Source: Verrucomicrobiia bacterium (GTDB taxonomy: Bacteria > Verrucomicrobiota > Verrucomicrobiia > Limisphaerales > UBA8199). Taken from it: a stretch of 64,000 bases of DNA. The DNA lies in assembly GCA_035946615.1 (NCBI GenBank), contig DASYZB010000008.1, positions 40,273 to 104,272 on the forward strand. Direction: 5' to 3'. The notes under the pieces are model-generated. The model had not been told where the DNA came from, did not search any database, and saw only the letters and a list, made by a program, of their open reading frames with translations. A program made the translations under genes and the position numbers. Numbering within the stretch: the first letter of the stretch is position 1; each line of letters opens with the position of its first letter. Below are positions 1 through 11,200 of the stretch, one piece after another.

Positions 1-3000
1 TCGACTTGCAACCGGGTTCCGATTACGCAGCACCCAGTCCAAACAACTCGAGGCCGAGCTTAAACTTCGACTTCGGGACGACAAACCAACTTGCTGTCGA
101 TCACCCCGATAACCATGGCACAATCACCGACGGGGTGGGCATTGGCACCTATGGTACCTTGCGTTGGGGTAGTGCCCAGGATTTCGAGCGCAAGGAGATA
201 TGGATTCCCATTAACGACGATACCATCCCGGAATTTAACGAGGATATTAATATTTTTCTTTTCCAAATTGCCGGTCATACACAAGACGCCGAACTGGGCT
301 GGAATTCCCAATGTACGGTCACGATTCTTTATGATGATTATCCTGCCGGTGGGCTCGATGATTCGCACAACCGTGACTGGGATATTTCGACCGAACCGGC
401 AAACAACTCCGCCCCTGGAGCAGACAGCACTGTCTATGCATTGGCCGTCCATACCAATGATAATAAGACAGTCATCGGCGGAACGTTTGGTAGTTTCAAT
501 TCCTATCCCCGGTACGGCCTGGCTCGAATGAACGCCAATGGCTCGATTGATTTCGGCTTCGATCCAGGCGACGGCATCCCGGTCAAAGACCCGATTAATC
601 CCGCCTTTATCAGCAGCCTCACGTTTACCCCGGCGGACCACATCATCATCGGCGGCAATTTCCCGTCCTACAATGGCGTGCCTCGTTACAATATCGCGGA
701 GGTCAATCCCGATGGCTCGCTGGACAGCACCTTTAACCCCGGCCTGGGCGCCAACGGCACCGTTTGGGCCGTAGCGGTTCAAACCAACGGCCAAGTAGTC
801 ATTGGCGGCGAATTTACAGCGGTGAACGATTTTCCGCGTCTCCACATCGCCCGGTTGAACACGGATGGGTCGGTTGATCCCTCCTTTGACCCCGGCACCA
901 ACGGCCCGGATGGCACCGTCAACGCCATCGCTTTGGCGCCGGACGGCTCGATGTATATCGGCGGCGATTTCAGCGATGTGAATGGCCTGTTCCGCCGGTC
1001 GATTGCCCAGATTGACACCAACGGAATCGTTGTCCCCGCCTTTAGCCCCGTTACGGGTGTCGATGGCCCGGTCTTTTGCCTCGCCTTGCAACCGGATGGC
1101 AAACTTCTTGTTGGCGGTTCGTTTGCCAATTCCGAGTTCCGCAGCCGGAATAACATCTGCCGGTACAACCCCGACGGTACGCTGGATATTACCTTTGATC
1201 CCGGATCCGGGGCGGACGACTCGGTGTATTCCATCACCTTGCAGCCCGATGGCCGCATCTTCCTGGGCGGCGTCTTTAACTCGATTAATCAAACGCGGCG
1301 GATGTGCGTTGCCCGGCTCTTCACCACGGGCGAAGTGGATACGGGGTTCATGGACACGGCCTATAACCAGTTCGCGGGTTTGCACAAGCCCTACTTCAAT
1401 CCCTATGTCAACCCGAAGGATTTCCTATTTACGACTGGCCTCCAGACCGACGGCAACCTGATGATCGGCGGCAGTTTCCATTATGTCGGCGGTGGCCGAT
1501 TTGAGGTAAACGTGGCCACAAATTCTTATGCGCCATTCGACGGTGTGGCCGAGACGCGTGCTGCTTATCGCACGCGTTACAATGTGGCGCGCCTCCTCGG
1601 CGGCAACACGGACGGCCCCGGCAGCATGGGCCTGGTCAATACCAACTACAACGTAGTCGAGAACATGGGCTTCCTGTACGTCAAAGCGATTCGTACGCGA
1701 GGCGATTTGGGCCAGATCGAGGCTACTTTCTCGATTCCCCCACGCACCGGCAGCAACACCATTGGCGTTGCTCAAAGCGGCGCCGACTACTTATATACCC
1801 GGGTCAATCCGAGGTATGGCACGACCTGGAATGGGGACCGCGAGTTGAGCGACGGGATTTTTGGGACCAACAACGTCAGCATCAGTGTGATTCCTACCGA
1901 CGGTCCTGTCCGTTCGCCTCTGGCCGATATCTACGTCACGGTTCCCAATATCCCCGGGTACCAGGGCGATCGCTCGGCGCCATTCAAAATGGACGTGCCA
2001 AGCTATGCGGATGTGTTCTATCTCGGTGGTGAGGACATCCCGCTGGCCAGCGCCCTGGCTCAAACCAAGGGCTTGATGTACATCCAGGAAGACGACACCG
2101 CCCCCGGTGTCATCGGTTTCAGCGCCGGCAGCTATGCCGTCACTGAAGGGACTAACGCAGTCATTACCCTGGTCCGCACCAACGGCAGTGTCGGTCCGAT
2201 CTCCGTGCGCTTTGCCACAACCAACGGAACGGCAATTGCCGGTCAAGACTATATCGGAGTGACCAACAGCGTTCTATTCCGGGACGGCCAGACCAGCACC
2301 AACGTGGTTGTGCCCACCCTGAACAACTCCGCCATACAGAATGATCTCGCGGTCAATCTGTACCTCGCCGCTCCCGGCAATGGCGCCACTCTCGGGGTCT
2401 CCAACGCGGTGCTCACGCTGATTAATGTCAATTTCCTGCCGGGCCATCTCAATTTCAGCAGCACCGCCTATAGCACCAACGAAACCGCCTCAGCCGCCAT
2501 CTTAACGGTCACCCGCAGCGGCGGCAGCCTCGGCGTCGAGGATGTCCAGTACGCCACCAGCAATCTCACGGCCATTGCCGGGGCAAATTACAGTGCTACG
2601 AGTGGCACGCTTCACTGGGACAGCGGAGATACCTCCGTTCGTTACATCATGGTCCCCCTCATCCATGACGGACTGGTAACGCCCAACAAGCAATTCCTGG
2701 TCACGCTGCTCAACCCCACTGTGCCCGGGTCGCTGGGTATCCGGACTCAGACAACCGTCACGATTATCAACACTGATTTCTACGGAACGCTTCAGTTCAG
2801 CGCCGCCAATTACTTCATCAACGAGTTGGGCGGATACGCTGCCATTACCATCACCCGCACCGGCGGCAGCGCCGAAACCATCAGCGCCAATTTCTCGACC
2901 GCTGACAGCACCGCTTACGCCTTCTTCAATTACGTGCCGACCAACGGGACGGTTACCTTCGGTCCCGGCGAGATCAGCAAATCCTTCACCGTGCCCATCC

Positions 3001-6000
3001 TCAATGACGGTGTGCAGGACCCGCCTAATCTATTTGGGTTCAACCTCCTGTTGTCCAACTTCTCTCCGGTTGGGATTGCAGGCAATCCGACGACAGCCTT
3101 TGTTAATATCATCGACGCCCAATCGTTCAATCAACAGCCCGGCCAGGTTGATACGTTCTTCGATCCCAATGCCGGTTTCAACGATGATGTCTTTGGCATC
3201 GCCCTTCAGCCGGACGGCAAATTCGTTGTGGGCGGCAATTTCACCATCGCCGACGGACAGCCGATCAACCGCATCGCCCGGTTGAATCCGGATGGCACCC
3301 TCGACGAGAGCTTTCTCACTACCACTTTGGTTGGGGCTAATGATGTGGTGCGCGCGGTGGTCAGCCAGACCGATACCCGGGTCCTTGTCGCGGGCGCCTT
3401 TACCACCATTAACGCCGTGGTGCGCAACTCGATTGCGCGGCTGAATTACGACGCCACTCTCGATACTGGCTTTAATCCGGGCTCTGGCGCCGACGGCCCC
3501 ATCTATGCCCTGAACGAAACCTTTGACCTCACCGGCCCGCGCAAAATTTATGCGGGCGGCAGTTTCAATAGCTTTAACGGGACCATCAGGCCCGCGCTCA
3601 TTCGGCTCAATAACGACGGCACGGTGGACAATACCTTCAATACAGGCGCAGGCGCTAATGGGACCGTCTATGCAATTGTGGCGTATCCGACCAACAGCCC
3701 CCATGCCGGGCAGGTTCTGGTGGGAGGCGATTTTACTTCGATTAATAACGTTGCCTGCGGCCGCATCGCCCGCCTCAACTCCGATGGCAGTGTCGATACC
3801 TTCTTTAATTCCGCCGGCACTGGCGCCGATACCGCCGTCCGCGCCATCGCCCTCCAAACGGATGATAGAATCCTTATTGGCGGCTCGTTCACCAATATCA
3901 ATGGGTTCGCTCTAAACCGCATCGCGCGCCTCAATGACGATGGCTCCGTTGATTCCTCGTTCCAGGTCGGCGTCGGCGCCGATGACACCGTCAACGCCAT
4001 CACGGTCCAGCCGGACAATCGGATTCTGGTTGTGGGCGGGTTCAAGACCGCCAGCGGCGCCACGCGCAAGCGCATTACCCGGCTGATGCCCGACGGCACT
4101 ATCGATCCGACCATCAATTTCGGGACCGGCGCGGATAATACGATTGCCAGTGTCGTCCTTCAGCCGGATGGGAAAATCCTCATTGGCGGCAGCTTTACCA
4201 CGTTCGAGGGCCAACCGCACGCCCGTATCGCCCGGCTTTACGGCTCCTCCATGGTCGGCTCGGGCACTCTCCAGTTCGATTCCGCCACTTACCAGGCCAA
4301 CGAGAATTCGACTAATATTGTCGTTACGGTCTTGAGGACTGGCGGCACCAGCGGGCCCCGCCCGGACGGCTCCGGCGATGTCGCGGTTGATTTTTCAACC
4401 AGCGACGGCACAGGAATCGCCGGTGTCAATTACTCCAATGTGACCGCTACTCTTCATTTCCCGGTAGGGGAAACAGTGCAAAAAGTCACCATCCCGCTAA
4501 TTGATGACCAGGTGGTAACACCCAACCTGACTGTCAACCTGGCTCTGGCAAATCCTACTCCGCCTGCCACCCTGGGCGCTCAACCAACGGCGCTCCTGAC
4601 TATCATTAACGTGGAAAGCGCGGTCAGTTTCGCCTCGCCAACCTACTCGAGGGCTCAGGATGCCATCGATGGTGCGGCAACGGTCCAACTGGTGCGCGTG
4701 GGCAGCACACAACAGGGTTGCACGGTGGTCTTTAGTACAGTGCCCGGCGGTACCGCTGTTCCGGGCGTTGATTATACCCCCGTGACCAATACGGTATCGT
4801 TCCTGCCCGGCCAAACCGTGCAGACGGCCAAGGTGCCAATCTTTAATACCCATATTGCCGGGCCGAATACGACTGTTCTGATGCAGTTGACGGATGCCTC
4901 CGGCACGCTGCTCCTGGCCCCGATCGAGGCGGTTCTCACCATCATCAACGTCAATCAGGCCCCGGGCCAGTTCATGTTCTCTCAAACCAACTATGTTGTC
5001 AGCGAGGGCGACGGCTCCGCTCTCATCACTGTGGTTCGTACCAACGGCAGTTCCGGCCCGGTCTCGGTTGCCTTTTCGACACTGGCGGGCGATGCAACGC
5101 CCGGACTTAATTACATCCCGACCAATGGCGTTCTGAGCTACGCGGACGGCGAAAGCGTCCACTCCTTTACTGTGCCATTAATCAACGACAAGGTGGTCCT
5201 GGGACCTCGAACGGTGCCCCTGCTGTTGAGCAATGCCACCGGCGGAGCGGTCATCAGCGGCCCAAACCCGGTGCCGTTGACAATTCTGGATGACGATGTG
5301 GGGGTCAGTTTCGCGACTAATTCCTTGATCAATGCCGTTTATATCGTCAGTGAGACCAACTCCCTGATCACGCTGGATGTCTATCGGCTTAACACCACAA
5401 ACGGCGTCACTACCGTCAGTTATGCGACCACCAATGGCACCGCCACCGCCGGAGTCAATTACATCGCAACCAGCGGAACACTGACCTTCAACCCGGGCGA
5501 ATCGCACAAGTCTATTTCCATCTCGATCCTGCGCGACCCGCGAGTGACGGGCGACCTGAGTTTCTCGGTCAATCTGTTCAATCCGACGCCGGGGGTTCAA
5601 TTAGCATCCCCCAGCACGGCCGTGGTGGTCATTAATGATGTCGATAGCGGCCTCAGCATCCTCGATACGAACTCACCCCCGGTCGCCAACGCCGTATTCT
5701 CGGTGCGCAAGGATGCCACCAATCTGGTCATTACCGTCATCCGCACCAATGCCAACACCGGCGTTGTTTCGGTCAACTATACCACCTTGGATGGAACGGC
5801 AGTCGCCCCGGCGGACTACACGGCGGTCAGCGGGAGCCTGGTCTTTACCAACGGCCAGTTGTCCAACTCCTTTACCGTGCCGATTATCGACAATAATGTC
5901 GTGAGCGGCGACCTGTACTTTACGGTGAGCCTCTTTAACCCCACCGCTCCGGCGCAGTTGCTGCAGCCGAATACCGCGACAGTCAATATCATCGACGTGA

Positions 6001-8162
6001 ATTCGGGTTTCAGGTTCTCGAGCGGCAATTACGACGTCCTCGAAAACGGCGTCTTTGCTCCGATTACCGTCCAACGGGTTGGCTTTAGTAACAGCATCGT
6101 TTCCGTCAACTACGCCACCGCCGACGGCACCGCTGTTGCCGGGGTGGATTATGACTCCGCCAGCGGCACCCTGGTCTTCACCAATGGCGAAACCAGCAAG
6201 AGCTTTGCCGTGCCGGTGCGCGACAAGACGATTATCGAAGGGGACCGGACCGTGCTGCTCTCGCTTTCAAGCCCGGCGCCAACTAATTCCACCAGCCTGC
6301 TGACGCCCGCCGCGGCTACGCTGACCATCCATAACAATAAAGGCAGCCTGGTCATACCGGCCGGCTCGGCCCTGATTTCTGAAAGCTTCAGCCCACCCAA
6401 CGGCGTCATTGATCCCGGTGAAACGGTGACTCTGCTGTTTGCGTTCCGCAACGCAGCCGGAACCAACACAGTCAATATGGTAGCAACGCTGCTCGAGACG
6501 AATGGCATCTCTTCTCCGAGCGGTCCGCAAACCTATGGCGTGGTGGTGACGAACGGGCCTTCGGTTTCGCAGCCCTTTACGTTCACGGCCAATGGCACTA
6601 ACGGCCAGAAGATTATCGCCACGTTCCTGATCACTGATTCAGGACGCGCGATCAGCACCAACGGCGGCCTGATAGTCTTTAATTTCACCCTGGGCACCAG
6701 CACCGCCAGCTTCGCCAAGAATGAGCTGATTACCATCAATGACGACGCGCCCGCAACGCCCTATCCCTCGTTCCTTAATGTGACCGGTGTGGACGGTGTC
6801 ATCAGCAAAACCACAGTCAGCCTGAATAACCTGACTCATTCCTCCCCCTCCGACATCGAGGCCCTGCTGGCCTCGCCGGCAAACCAACCGGTTGTTTTCC
6901 TCGCCAACGCCGGCTCGATGTCCGTCAACGGGGTTAACCTGACTTTCGATGATACAGCCGGCGGGCCTTTGCCGCAGTCTGGACAAATCGTGTCCGGCAC
7001 CTTCACGCCGAGCGTTTTTTCCGCCGTCGCCCCTTTTCCGCAACCGGCTCCGCCGCCTCCGGCCACTCGTTACACCAACGCCCTGGGGGCATTTGATGGC
7101 ACTAATCCCAACGGCAAATGGTCCCTGTTTGTTCAAGACGATGTCTTCCTGGACGGTGGCGCGATTTCCAATGGCTGGTCGTTGAACTTCACACTGGTCC
7201 ACCCGGTGATTGCCGATAGCGACCTGGGCGTGGCCATGTTCCAGTCCGCGCCCCCAATCGTCCTGGGCAGCAATGTCCTTTACACGTTGACAGTGGAGAA
7301 CTACGGGCCTGGAAGCGCCACCGGAGTGAGCGTGATCGATACGCTCCCTTCCCCGGCACTGTTTGTGTCTGCCGCGCCTTCTCAGGGCACTGCCCGAACC
7401 AATGGCAACGGCACCCTCACATGGAATCTGGGGTCATTGGACATGAACGCGACAGCCTCCCTAACCCTGGTTATCCAGCCAACTGCTGCCGTGGACATTA
7501 CCAACTCCGCCACGGTCAGTTCCGTATCGCCGGATCTCAATCCGGCTAATAACACCGCCTCACTTGCCGGCACCGTGGCTATTCCCACGGCCGACCTGGC
7601 AATTGGCCTTGTTGCGGCGCCCTCTCCGGTGCTGCCTGAGCAGACCCTGACCTATTCGATCACGGTTTCAAACCTCGGCCCGAGCACTGCCCCTGCTCTC
7701 ACCGTCTCGGATTTCCTGCCACCCGGCGTGGCGCTTGTCTCGGCCTCCCCAGCGGGCTATACCTTGACCGGCAGCACCCTCACCTTTACGAACCTTGGCG
7801 ACGTGGGCAGCGGCGGCCAGGTCTCAGCCATTATCGTGGTGCAACCAACCGGTTCGGGGACGATCACCGATACCGCCACCTGCTCCTCCGCTGTGACTGA
7901 CCCGCTCAAGCTGAACAACACCGCCTCCGTCAAAACCATCGTCGGTTTCATCCCGCTGAGCTTCACCCATTCGGGTAACAGCTTGGTGGTGAGCTGGCCG
8001 GTGGATGCCGCCAATTACGTGCTCGAAACAACCACCAACCTGACCCCGCCGGTAATCTGGTACCCCCTCACCAATACGCCCCCGGTCAGCATCAATGGAC
8101 AGAACACCGTTTCCATTCCGATTGGCGACGGCAGCGTCTTCTTCCGCTTGAGAGGGCAGTAA
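1..8162 (+). CDS. giant secreted repeat protein, 5' end outside the window (Calx-beta array, beta-propeller repeats, P-domain, DUF11-type repeats)
   Basis: The frame is open to the window edge, and the first residues (..IWIPINDDTIPEFNEDINIFLFQI) already look like the end of a Calx-beta unit. About ten Calx-beta-like units are present (e.g. GVIGFSAGSYAVTEGTNAVITLVRTNGSVGPISVRFATTNGTAIAGQDY). There are two blocks of ~55-aa repeats of the type R.ARLN.DGS.D.SF.PG.GA.G.V.A...Q.DGK...GG.F. A proprotein-convertase P-domain signature follows (LTHSSPSDIEALLASP ... NPNGKWSLFVQDD..LDGGAISNGWSLNF). Two DUF11-type repeats come next (ADLAIGLVAAPSPV...LTYSITVSNLGP). Confidence 0.85.
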   Translation, partial: DLQPGSDYAAPSPNNSRPSLNFDFGTTNQLAVDHPDNHGTITDGVGIGTYGTLRWGSAQDFERKEIWIPINDDTIPEFNEDINIFLFQIAGHTQDAELGWNSQCTVTILYDDYPAGGLDDSHNRDWDISTEPANNSAPGADSTVYALAVHTNDNKTVIGGTFGSFNSYPRYGLARMNANGSIDFGFDPGDGIPVKDPINPAFISSLTFTPADHIIIGGNFPSYNGVPRYNIAEVNPDGSLDSTFNPGLGANGTVWAVAVQTNGQVVIGGEFTAVNDFPRLHIARLNTDGSVDPSFDPGTNGPDGTVNAIALAPDGSMYIGGDFSDVNGLFRRSIAQIDTNGIVVPAFSPVTGVDGPVFCLALQPDGKLLVGGSFANSEFRSRNNICRYNPDGTLDITFDPGSGADDSVYSITLQPDGRIFLGGVFNSINQTRRMCVARLFTTGEVDTGFMDTAYNQFAGLHKPYFNPYVNPKDFLFTTGLQTDGNLMIGGSFHYVGGGRFEVNVATNSYAPFDGVAETRAAYRTRYNVARLLGGNTDGPGSMGLVNTNYNVVENMGFLYVKAIRTRGDLGQIEATFSIPPRTGSNTIGVAQSGADYLYTRVNPRYGTTWNGDRELSDGIFGTNNVSISVIPTDGPVRSPLADIYVTVPNIPGYQGDRSAPFKMDVPSYADVFYLGGEDIPLASALAQTKGLMYIQEDDTAPGVIGFSAGSYAVTEGTNAVITLVRTNGSVGPISVRFATTNGTAIAGQDYIGVTNSVLFRDGQTSTNVVVPTLNNSAIQNDLAVNLYLAAPGNGATLGVSNAVLTLINVNFLPGHLNFSSTAYSTNETASAAILTVTRSGGSLGVEDVQYATSNLTAIAGANYSATSGTLHWDSGDTSVRYIMVPLIHDGLVTPNKQFLVTLLNPTVPGSLGIRTQTTVTIINTDFYGTLQFSAANYFINELGGYAAITITRTGGSAETISANFSTADSTAYAFFNYVPTNGTVTFGPGEISKSFTVPILNDGVQDPPNLFGFNLLLSNFSPVGIAGNPTTAFVNIIDAQSFNQQPGQVDTFFDPNAGFNDDVFGIALQPDGKFVVGGNFTIADGQPINRIARLNPDGTLDESFLTTTLVGANDVVRAVVSQTDTRVLVAGAFTTINAVVRNSIARLNYDATLDTGFNPGSGADGPIYALNETFDLTGPRKIYAGGSFNSFNGTIRPALIRLNNDGTVDNTFNTGAGANGTVYAIVAYPTNSPHAGQVLVGGDFTSINNVACGRIARLNSDGSVDTFFNSAGTGADTAVRAIALQTDDRILIGGSFTNINGFALNRIARLNDDGSVDSSFQVGVGADDTVNAITVQPDNRILVVGGFKTASGATRKRITRLMPDGTIDPTINFGTGADNTIASVVLQPDGKILIGGSFTTFEGQPHARIARLYGSSMVGSGTLQFDSATYQANENSTNIVVTVLRTGGTSGPRPDGSGDVAVDFSTSDGTGIAGVNYSNVTATLHFPVGETVQKVTIPLIDDQVVTPNLTVNLALANPTPPATLGAQPTALLTIINVESAVSFASPTYSRAQDAIDGAATVQLVRVGSTQQGCTVVFSTVPGGTAVPGVDYTPVTNTVSFLPGQTVQTAKVPIFNTHIAGPNTTVLMQLTDASGTLLLAPIEAVLTIINVNQAPGQFMFSQTNYVVSEGDGSALITVVRTNGSSGPVSVAFSTLAGDATPGLNYIPTNGVLSYADGESVHSFTVPLINDKVVLGPRTVPLLLSNATGGAVISGPNPVPLTILDDDVGVSFATNSLINAVYIVSETNSLITLDVYRLNTTNGVTTVSYATTNGTATAGVNYIATSGTLTFNPGESHKSISISILRDPRVTGDLSFSVNLFNPTPGVQLASPSTAVVVINDVDSGLSILDTNSPPVANAVFSVRKDATNLVITVIRTNANTGVVSVNYTTLDGTAVAPADYTAVSGSLVFTNGQLSNSFTVPIIDNNVVSGDLYFTVSLFNPTAPAQLLQPNTATVNIIDVNSGFRFSSGNYDVLENGVFAPITVQRVGFSNSIVSVNYATADGTAVAGVDYDSASGTLVFTNGETSKSFAVPVRDKTIIEGDRTVLLSLSSPAPTNSTSLLTPAAATLTIHNNKGSLVIPAGSALISESFSPPNGVIDPGETVTLLFAFRNAAGTNTVNMVATLLETNGISSPSGPQTYGVVVTNGPSVSQPFTFTANGTNGQKIIATFLITDSGRAISTNGGLIVFNFTLGTSTASFAKNELITINDDAPATPYPSFLNVTGVDGVISKTTVSLNNLTHSSPSDIEALLASPANQPVVFLANAGSMSVNGVNLTFDDTAGGPLPQSGQIVSGTFTPSVFSAVAPFPQPAPPPPATRYTNALGAFDGTNPNGKWSLFVQDDVFLDGGAISNGWSLNFTLVHPVIADSDLGVAMFQSAPPIVLGSNVLYTLTVENYGPGSATGVSVIDTLPSPALFVSAAPSQGTARTNGNGTLTWNLGSLDMNATASLTLVIQPTAAVDITNSATVSSVSPDLNPANNTASLAGTVAIPTADLAIGLVAAPSPVLPEQTLTYSITVSNLGPSTAPALTVSDFLPPGVALVSASPAGYTLTGSTLTFTNLGDVGSGGQVSAIIVVQPTGSGTITDTATCSSAVTDPLKLNNTASVKTIVGFIPLSFTHSGNSLVVSWPVDAANYVLETTTNLTPPVIWYPLTNTPPVSINGQNTVSIPIGDGSVFFRLRGQ

Positions 8163-8275
8163 AATGGAACTCACCCAAAATGTCCAGATTGCACGGCAGG
8201 CGCGAGCCATTGCGCAGCGTGTATCGCAGCGCGATGTCCGAATTGTCCTCCGCTTTATCCTCTCCCAATTTGACT

Positions 8276-11200
8276 ATGAAGGTATTCTCTGATCTGTTTT
8301 CAACCCGCGCGTTTGGACGTCTCAGCCCGCGCTGCCCTGTTTTGCTCGCTGCTTGCGCGGCGCAGATCGCCCTGGCGGCCCTCCCGTCCGGCGCCGCGGA
8401 ACGGCAGGTCTTGCATGGGACCGTGCCGGGTGTGACGGCAGGTTTGCAGCCCATTGGACGCCTCGAGGCAACCAAGCGGTTGAACCTGGCCATCTCACTG
8501 CCCTGGCGCGACCGGGAAGCACTTACCAACCTGCTCGAGCAGGTCACCGATCCAACCAGCCCGCAGTATCGCCATTATTTATCTACTGCGCAGTTTACGG
8601 CCATGTTCGGGCCCACCGAGCAGGATTACCAGGCCCTTATCGACTTTGCCCAAGCCAACGGCCTGGCCGTCACGACCCGGCATCCAAACCGGATGCTCCT
8701 GGACGTCAACGCTTCGGTTGCTGACATCGAAAAGGCCCTCCATATTACGATGCACCTGTACGAGCATCCGACCGAGGCGCGCACGTTCTACGCGCCGGAT
8801 GCCGAACCATGGCTGGACCTTTCCGTACCCGTATTCAACATCAGCGGTCTCAACGATTACATCCTGCCTCATCCAAAGTACATTCCAATGGACATCAACT
8901 CCCTGGAACGTGAGCCTCATCTTGGCTCCGGGCCTGCCGGCACTTACCTGGGCTATGACTTCAGGAATGCGTATGTGCCCGGCACTCCCCTGACTGGCTC
9001 CGGACAAGTGGTTGGGTTGTTCCAGTTCGACGGCTATTATCCGAGCGATATCGTAGCGTATGAGGCCCTCGCCGGATTACCAAACGTCCCCTTGCAGAAC
9101 GTGCTCCTGGACGGGTTTAACGGTGTTCCGGTCAACCCCGGCGCCGTAGGCGAAGTGTCTCTCGACATCGAGATGGTGATTTCAATGGCCCCGGGGGTGT
9201 CTAAAGTAATGGTGTACGAGGCCGGACCAAACGGGCTTCAAGACGATATCCTCAACCGGATGGTCACCGACAACGAGGCCAGGCAACTCAGCTCGTCCTG
9301 GGGTTGGAGCGGCGGTCCCAGCGCTACCACGGACCAGATTTTTCAGGAAATGATTGCGCAAGGACAAACATTCTTTAACGCCTCAGGTGACAGCGACGCC
9401 TTTCCGCCGGGGGCGGTGGACGACCCCAACCTGCCCAACGCGCCATCAGACAACCCGTTTATCACTCAAGTAGGCGGCACCATCCTGAGCACAACCGGTC
9501 CCAAAGGATCCTGGGTTTCAGAGACCGTGTGGAACCGTTACGACGGAACCAACGGAGCCAGCGGCGGGATCAGCTCTTTTTATTCCATCCCAGTTTGGCA
9601 GCAGGGGATCGACATGACCACTAACCAAGGCTCTTTTACAAAACGCAATACTCCGGATGTGGCCCTGACGGCCGAAAACGTCTGGACTATTGCTAACCAA
9701 GGCCAGGGAAGCCCTGTGGGGGGGACAAGTGTGGCCGCTCCTCTCTGGGCAGGTTTTACCGCCCTAATGAATGAGCAAGCTTTTGCCAACGGTGATCCCG
9801 CAGTCGGTTTTCTCAATCCAGCTATCTACGCGATCGGCAAGGGGCCCTATGCGAACTATACCAATGCATTCCATGACATCGTTACTGGCAACAACACCAA
9901 TGCCGTCAGCACCAATTTGTTTTTTGCAGTCCCCGGTTATGACCTCTGCACGGGTTTGGGGTCGCCCGCAGGCACCAACCTCATCAATCTATTAGCCCCG
10001 ATTGCTTCACTGACGATTGATGTCGCCACCAACTACGTCGTTGGCGGCAACGGCAACGGGGTCATTGATTTTGATGAATGCAACGATTTCTTCTTGGTGT
10101 TGACTAATATTGGCCTTGTCGGCGCCACCAACGTCCATGCCACTATCTCAACTACCACTCCGAACGTCTTTATTCCTCAAACGACTTCCGATTACCCGGA
10201 CATCATCCCTGGGATTGCCGCCACCAACCTGACCGCATTCAAGATCGGCACCACACCTGCCTTCGTTTGCGGCACACCAGTCATACTCAATGTGGTCATC
10301 AAATCCGATAACGGCATCCGGGCCTTCCGCGTTTCGCTCCCATCCGGCCTCACGGGCTCTCCGGTCCGCTTTGACAATTTCTTCCCTGCTGCGATTCCGG
10401 ACAATTCACCCCTGGGAACCAACTCTCCTATCCTGGTTTCGGGCCTCGCGGGCGCCGTGCAAAAGGTATCTGTGATGGTCTTTATCAGCCACCCGTCGGA
10501 CTCCGATCTCACTTTGCAACTGATCAGCCCCGATAATACTTCCGTCACCCTTTCAGCCAACCACGGCGCCGGCGGGCAAAACTATGGTCTGGCCTGTTCG
10601 CCCGATACTTCCCGAACGACCTTTGATGATGACGCCACCAACACCATCGCCAACGGGCTCCCGCCCTATATCGGCGTGTTCCAACCCGACCAGCCGTTGG
10701 CGACTTTTGCGGGCAAATCCGGCACGAATGCAAACGGCATCTGGCAGCTCCACGTGATTGATAACGCGGCCGGCTTCGTTGGCACGCTGCAATGCTGGTC
10801 GCTGGCCGTTGCTTCGGCCACATGCACCGATGGCGGTGGTCAATGCCCCGGAGTGGACTTGGGTATCAAAATGAACGCCGGTCCCAATCCGGACGTGATT
10901 GGCAGTAACCTCGTTTATAATATCACTGTCACCAACAAAGGCCCGGGAATAGCCCGCGGCGTTGTCGTGACTCACGATCTGCCTGGGAGTGTGCAATTTG
11001 TTACTGCGTTATCCTCTCAAGGCACGGTGAGCCAGGGAGGGGGTGTTGTGACTGCAACCCTTGGCAACCTGGCGGTGGGCGCCACGGCCACAATCACTGT
11101 GACCGGCGTCCCCACGCTGGCTGGGACCATCTATTCATCCGCATCGGTGACTTCCACCGATCCGGAACTCAATCCCATCGATAACTCGGTAACGGTTCAA

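Noticed and set aside
60-7202. Numerous 60-440-aa ORFs on both strands inside the first giant gene (e.g. 60..1385 -, 3030..3857 -, 6639..7202 -).
   Set aside because: All of them lie inside, or antisense to, a continuous 2718-codon frame with regular Calx-beta, propeller and P-domain repeats. The same reasoning applies to the ORFs nested in 8276-15007.
8180-8275. N-terminal extensions in the ORF track. Track starts and my revised starts are: 8180 -> 8276, 19154 -> 18992, 20611 -> 20590, 20671 -> 20818, 23028 -> 23238, 36887 -> 36869, 40347 -> 40278, 41265 -> 41175, 41385 -> 41487, 42244 -> 42358, 44438 -> 44711, 50738 -> 50591, 53749 -> 53740, 53879 -> 54143, 58605 -> 58644.
   Set aside because: In each case an internal ATG gives a canonical signal peptide, lipobox, Tat motif, family-typical N-terminus or 4-nt coupling overlap. 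The upstream codons run through repeats, overlap neighbouring genes or start at rare codons. The revised starts remain inferences.
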